A stretch of DNA of 64,000 bases, taken from positions 9,086-73,085 of the forward strand of contig CAYMIW010000013.1 in assembly GCA_964390725.1 (NCBI GenBank), given 5' to 3'. A program made the position numbers and the translations under genes. This DNA comes from an uncultured Syntrophomonadaceae bacterium (lineage in GTDB: Bacteria; Bacillota; Dethiobacteria; DTU022). Below, in pieces: positions 61,663-64,000 of the stretch (position 1 is the first letter of the stretch; the number at the start of each line of letters is the position of its first letter). The notes below the pieces were generated by a model. It did no database searches. It was given only the letters and a program-made list of their open reading frames with translations, and was not told where the DNA came from.

Positions 61663-62418
61663 CTAAAGATCCAGCCTTTTAAACAATTCGCCAGATTCCT
61701 TTACCGCCGGTGATTCAGGAGGAAGATCAAACAGTGCTTTAGCATTCAAATCATAATCGGATACCATGGGATCATGAGGTATTTCACCAAAAAGATCTAG
61801 CCCGCTCTTTTTAATCTCCTGCTCCAGCTGTATAGAATCGCCTTCCCGGCTGCGACCGATTACCATACCCATCATTGATACTGCTATCTGAACATTTTCA
61901 ACAATATCTTTAACTCTTCCCGCCGAGCGGATTCCACGGGCAGTTGAATCGCTGGTAACGATAAGCAGATCGATCATCGGTAAAAGACGACGGCTCAAAT
62001 GCTCCAAACCGGCTTCGTTGTCGATAACCATGTAATCATAATTTTTACTCAGTTTTTCGAGGTATCTTTTCAGGAGATCATTTGGATAACAATAACAACC
62101 GGGTCCCTGGGGGTTACCCATCACAACCAGGTCGAATGAATCTTCTTCAACCATAGCCTGCATTAACTGCGATTCAATAAAAATATCCTTGGTCATCCCG
62201 GTCGGTACAGCATCCGGTTTTTTTGTATCCTCCAAAATAGTGCCTATCGTTTTGTATACTTCAACTCCCAGGGCTTCATTTAAGTTGGCATTGGCATCTG
62301 CATCAACAGCAAGAATACTTTTACCCGGGTTGTTTTCAATCAGGTAGCGAATCAGCAATGCCGATAAAGTAGTCTTGCCGGTTCCGCCTTTACCTGCGAC
62401 CGCTATACGTTTTGTCAT
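61663..62418 (-). CDS. cooC: CO-dehydrogenase nickel-insertion ATPase CooC (MinD/ParA family).
   Basis: 251 aa. A deviant Walker A (GKGGTGKTT) and the CooC-typical CxC motif (GPGCYCYP). Confidence 0.7.
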   Translation of the reverse strand: MTKRIAVAGKGGTGKTTLSALLIRYLIENNPGKSILAVDADANANLNEALGVEVYKTIGTILEDTKKPDAVPTGMTKDIFIESQLMQAMVEEDSFDLVVMGNPQGPGCYCYPNDLLKRYLEKLSKNYDYMVIDNEAGLEHLSRRLLPMIDLLIVTSDSTARGIRSAGRVKDIVENVQIAVSMMGMVIGRSREGDSIQLEQEIKKSGLDLFGEIPHDPMVSDYDLNAKALFDLPPESPAVKESGELFKRLDL

Positions 62419-62483
62419 ATCTCCAGCCTCCTGTTCTGTTTTATCAATTGCAAAATTTACAAAGTCAGATTACCTATACTATA

Positions 62484-63803
62484 TTATAATCTTCCTGACA
62501 ACGCTTCTTCAAGCTGGCCGATGTTACTGCAGGGCCACATTTCCACCTGTTCTGCTATCAATCCAACTGAGCGGTAGTCGGGCCAGCGATCAGCTGCCAG
62601 GGGATTGAGCCAGATTACTCTTTTAATCTTTTCTTTTATCTTAACCAGCGCTTTAAGGGCATCATCAAGGGCCATTGTTTTTGTATCGCTGACGATGATA
62701 ACGGTAGTTTTAGAGTTAAGCCTGTCTGTATGTACTTCTTCCAGCGAACGCAGCGCAGCTCCAAGGTCGGTACCCCCACCCCAGGTTTTGCTGTGACGGA
62801 TAACCCAGTCTAACAGAAATTGCAAACTGTTTCTTCCTTTTAAAACATCAGTTAAATCTTCAAGAGTATCGGAAAAGCTGAAACAGGAAAGATCGCGAAC
62901 CACTTCATGAAGATTGTATAAAAAGTGAATAACAAAGGTGCTGTAATTCTTCATTGAAGCTGATACATCGCACAATAATAATATTTGTTCCCTTGAGCGA
63001 TGCTTCGGTTTATACTTTAAATTAAAGATAAGCCCACCATATTGCATATTGTCGCGTAGTGAACGGCGGAGATCAAGTTTTCCGCTGCGGGGACCGCTGC
63101 GCCTGCGGCGTAATATTTGAACTGCCATTTTGCGAGATAGTTTTTTTAATAATTCTTCTGCCGCAGGGAGTTCAGAGGCAGCAATTGTTTCAATATCAAC
63201 TTCTCGCAATAAATCACTTTCGCCTGATATATTTCCTGTGCCTGCGCCAGAGGCTGTGCCAGCCGCTGAATTTTCTATTTTTTCCTGGCTGCGGCAATAA
63301 CGCAAATGGCTTTTTACAACGTTTTCCAGGATCGGCTTAAACTGTGGCTCAACCCGGTTGCCATTTTCAGTCTGTTGAACAAAATCCTGAATGCTGTTCC
63401 TCTTTTCAGGTGGCAAATTAGAATACTGTTTAAGCTCCTCATTACTTAATTGCAGCAATTCCCCTTTAAATTTTAAATCAGCCGCAGCCTGTTCCAGCTG
63501 TCTTGATAACTGTTCTTCTTGCAGAAGCACCTCTTCATTCCGCTTGCGATGCTCATCAAGTGGAACAAAGTAATGATCAAAAAGACGGCTGAAAAGGGGT
63601 TGATCTTTTTTATTTTTAACCAGGGTTGCCTGCAGTGCTGCCTTGAAAGTATCCCGCGAAGAAATATCAATCACCGTTAGAGCCCGTAAGGCATCGATCA
63701 TCTCCGTTGTACCGACAGGCAAACCTTCCTGCCGGAGCAGCCCGGCAAATACAGCAAGGTTTTTTTCCAGGTATTGCTCTTTTATTTTTACATTTTGCTG
63801 CAT
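62484..63803 (-). CDS. CoxE-like VWA-domain protein.
   Basis: 439 aa. The N-terminal CoxE-type region (...FSRLFDHYF...) is followed by a C-terminal VWA domain with a MIDAS motif (DVSASM). Confidence 0.65.
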   Translation of the reverse strand: MQQNVKIKEQYLEKNLAVFAGLLRQEGLPVGTTEMIDALRALTVIDISSRDTFKAALQATLVKNKKDQPLFSRLFDHYFVPLDEHRKRNEEVLLQEEQLSRQLEQAAADLKFKGELLQLSNEELKQYSNLPPEKRNSIQDFVQQTENGNRVEPQFKPILENVVKSHLRYCRSQEKIENSAAGTASGAGTGNISGESDLLREVDIETIAASELPAAEELLKKLSRKMAVQILRRRRSGPRSGKLDLRRSLRDNMQYGGLIFNLKYKPKHRSREQILLLCDVSASMKNYSTFVIHFLYNLHEVVRDLSCFSFSDTLEDLTDVLKGRNSLQFLLDWVIRHSKTWGGGTDLGAALRSLEEVHTDRLNSKTTVIIVSDTKTMALDDALKALVKIKEKIKRVIWLNPLAADRWPDYRSVGLIAEQVEMWPCSNIGQLEEALSGRL

Positions 63804-64000
63804 TCGCAGGTGTCACCACCGTTCGCAGCCTGTCCAAGCACCCTGTCTACCCCCTGGATGCCGATATCCCGGTTGAAAAGCTGCTGATCACTGCGGGTTT
63901 TAAGCAGCAAATTCAGCGTGCTGGCAACCATCTTACCATCAAGACAGCTGCAGTTCAGGGAAACCAGGGCTCTTGCCCAATCCAGGGTTTCTGCTATCGA
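63789..64000 (-). CDS. C-terminal part of a MoxR/CoxD-like AAA+ ATPase (partial; continues beyond the window end).
   Basis: The reverse translation ends ...SIAETLDWARAL...GDTCECSKM then a stop. This resembles the MoxR lid and C-terminal region. Its stop overlaps the VWA gene start by 14 nt. Confidence 0.5.

Noticed and set aside
1-64000. CRISPR arrays, tRNA genes and rRNA genes.
   Set aside because: No regularly spaced direct repeats, tRNA cloverleaf candidates or rRNA-like segments were seen. The only structured RNAs recognised are tmRNA and the four riboswitches.

Overview
This 64-kb window looks like a chromosomal segment from a Clostridia-like Firmicute, probably an anaerobe that carries CO-dehydrogenase accessory genes. 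It has two parts. Positions 1-13,700 are AT-rich, mosaic and accessory. They hold two cobalamin riboswitches, each in front of a BtuF/FecB-type binding-protein gene. A complete riboswitch-controlled corrinoid ABC importer (binding protein, permease, ATPase) follows the second riboswitch, with an O-methyltransferase after it. A perfect 27-bp inverted-repeat pair brackets 4.1 kb of this region. Inside the bracket are an IS-transposase remnant, a yybP-ykoY Mn riboswitch with mntP, and ABC-2 exporter debris. The accessory part also holds a NifH-like pseudogene, a BlaI/BlaR1 remnant, a multiply frameshifted lipoprotein gene, an IS200-type Y1-transposase stub and a G9 homopolymer. From 13.7 kb onward the window is a conserved minus-strand core. 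It begins with a dCache-HAMP-PAS-GGDEF-HD-GYP c-di-GMP enzyme. An uncharacterised three-gene operon follows, ending in an FmdE-domain protein and sitting next to tmRNA. Housekeeping genes come next: smpB, a nitroreductase, rnr, secG, eno-gpmI-tpiA-pgk, rpoN, whiA-rapZ, uvrCAB, a UPF0016 transporter, ctpB, asnS, ftsEX with an M23 peptidase, and prfB with its programmed +1 frameshift. These are followed by secA, hpf, comFC, recD2, an AcsE-like methyltransferase, metK with a SAM-I riboswitch, and cooC-coxE-coxD. All calls rest on my own reading and translation of the sequence. No database search was possible.
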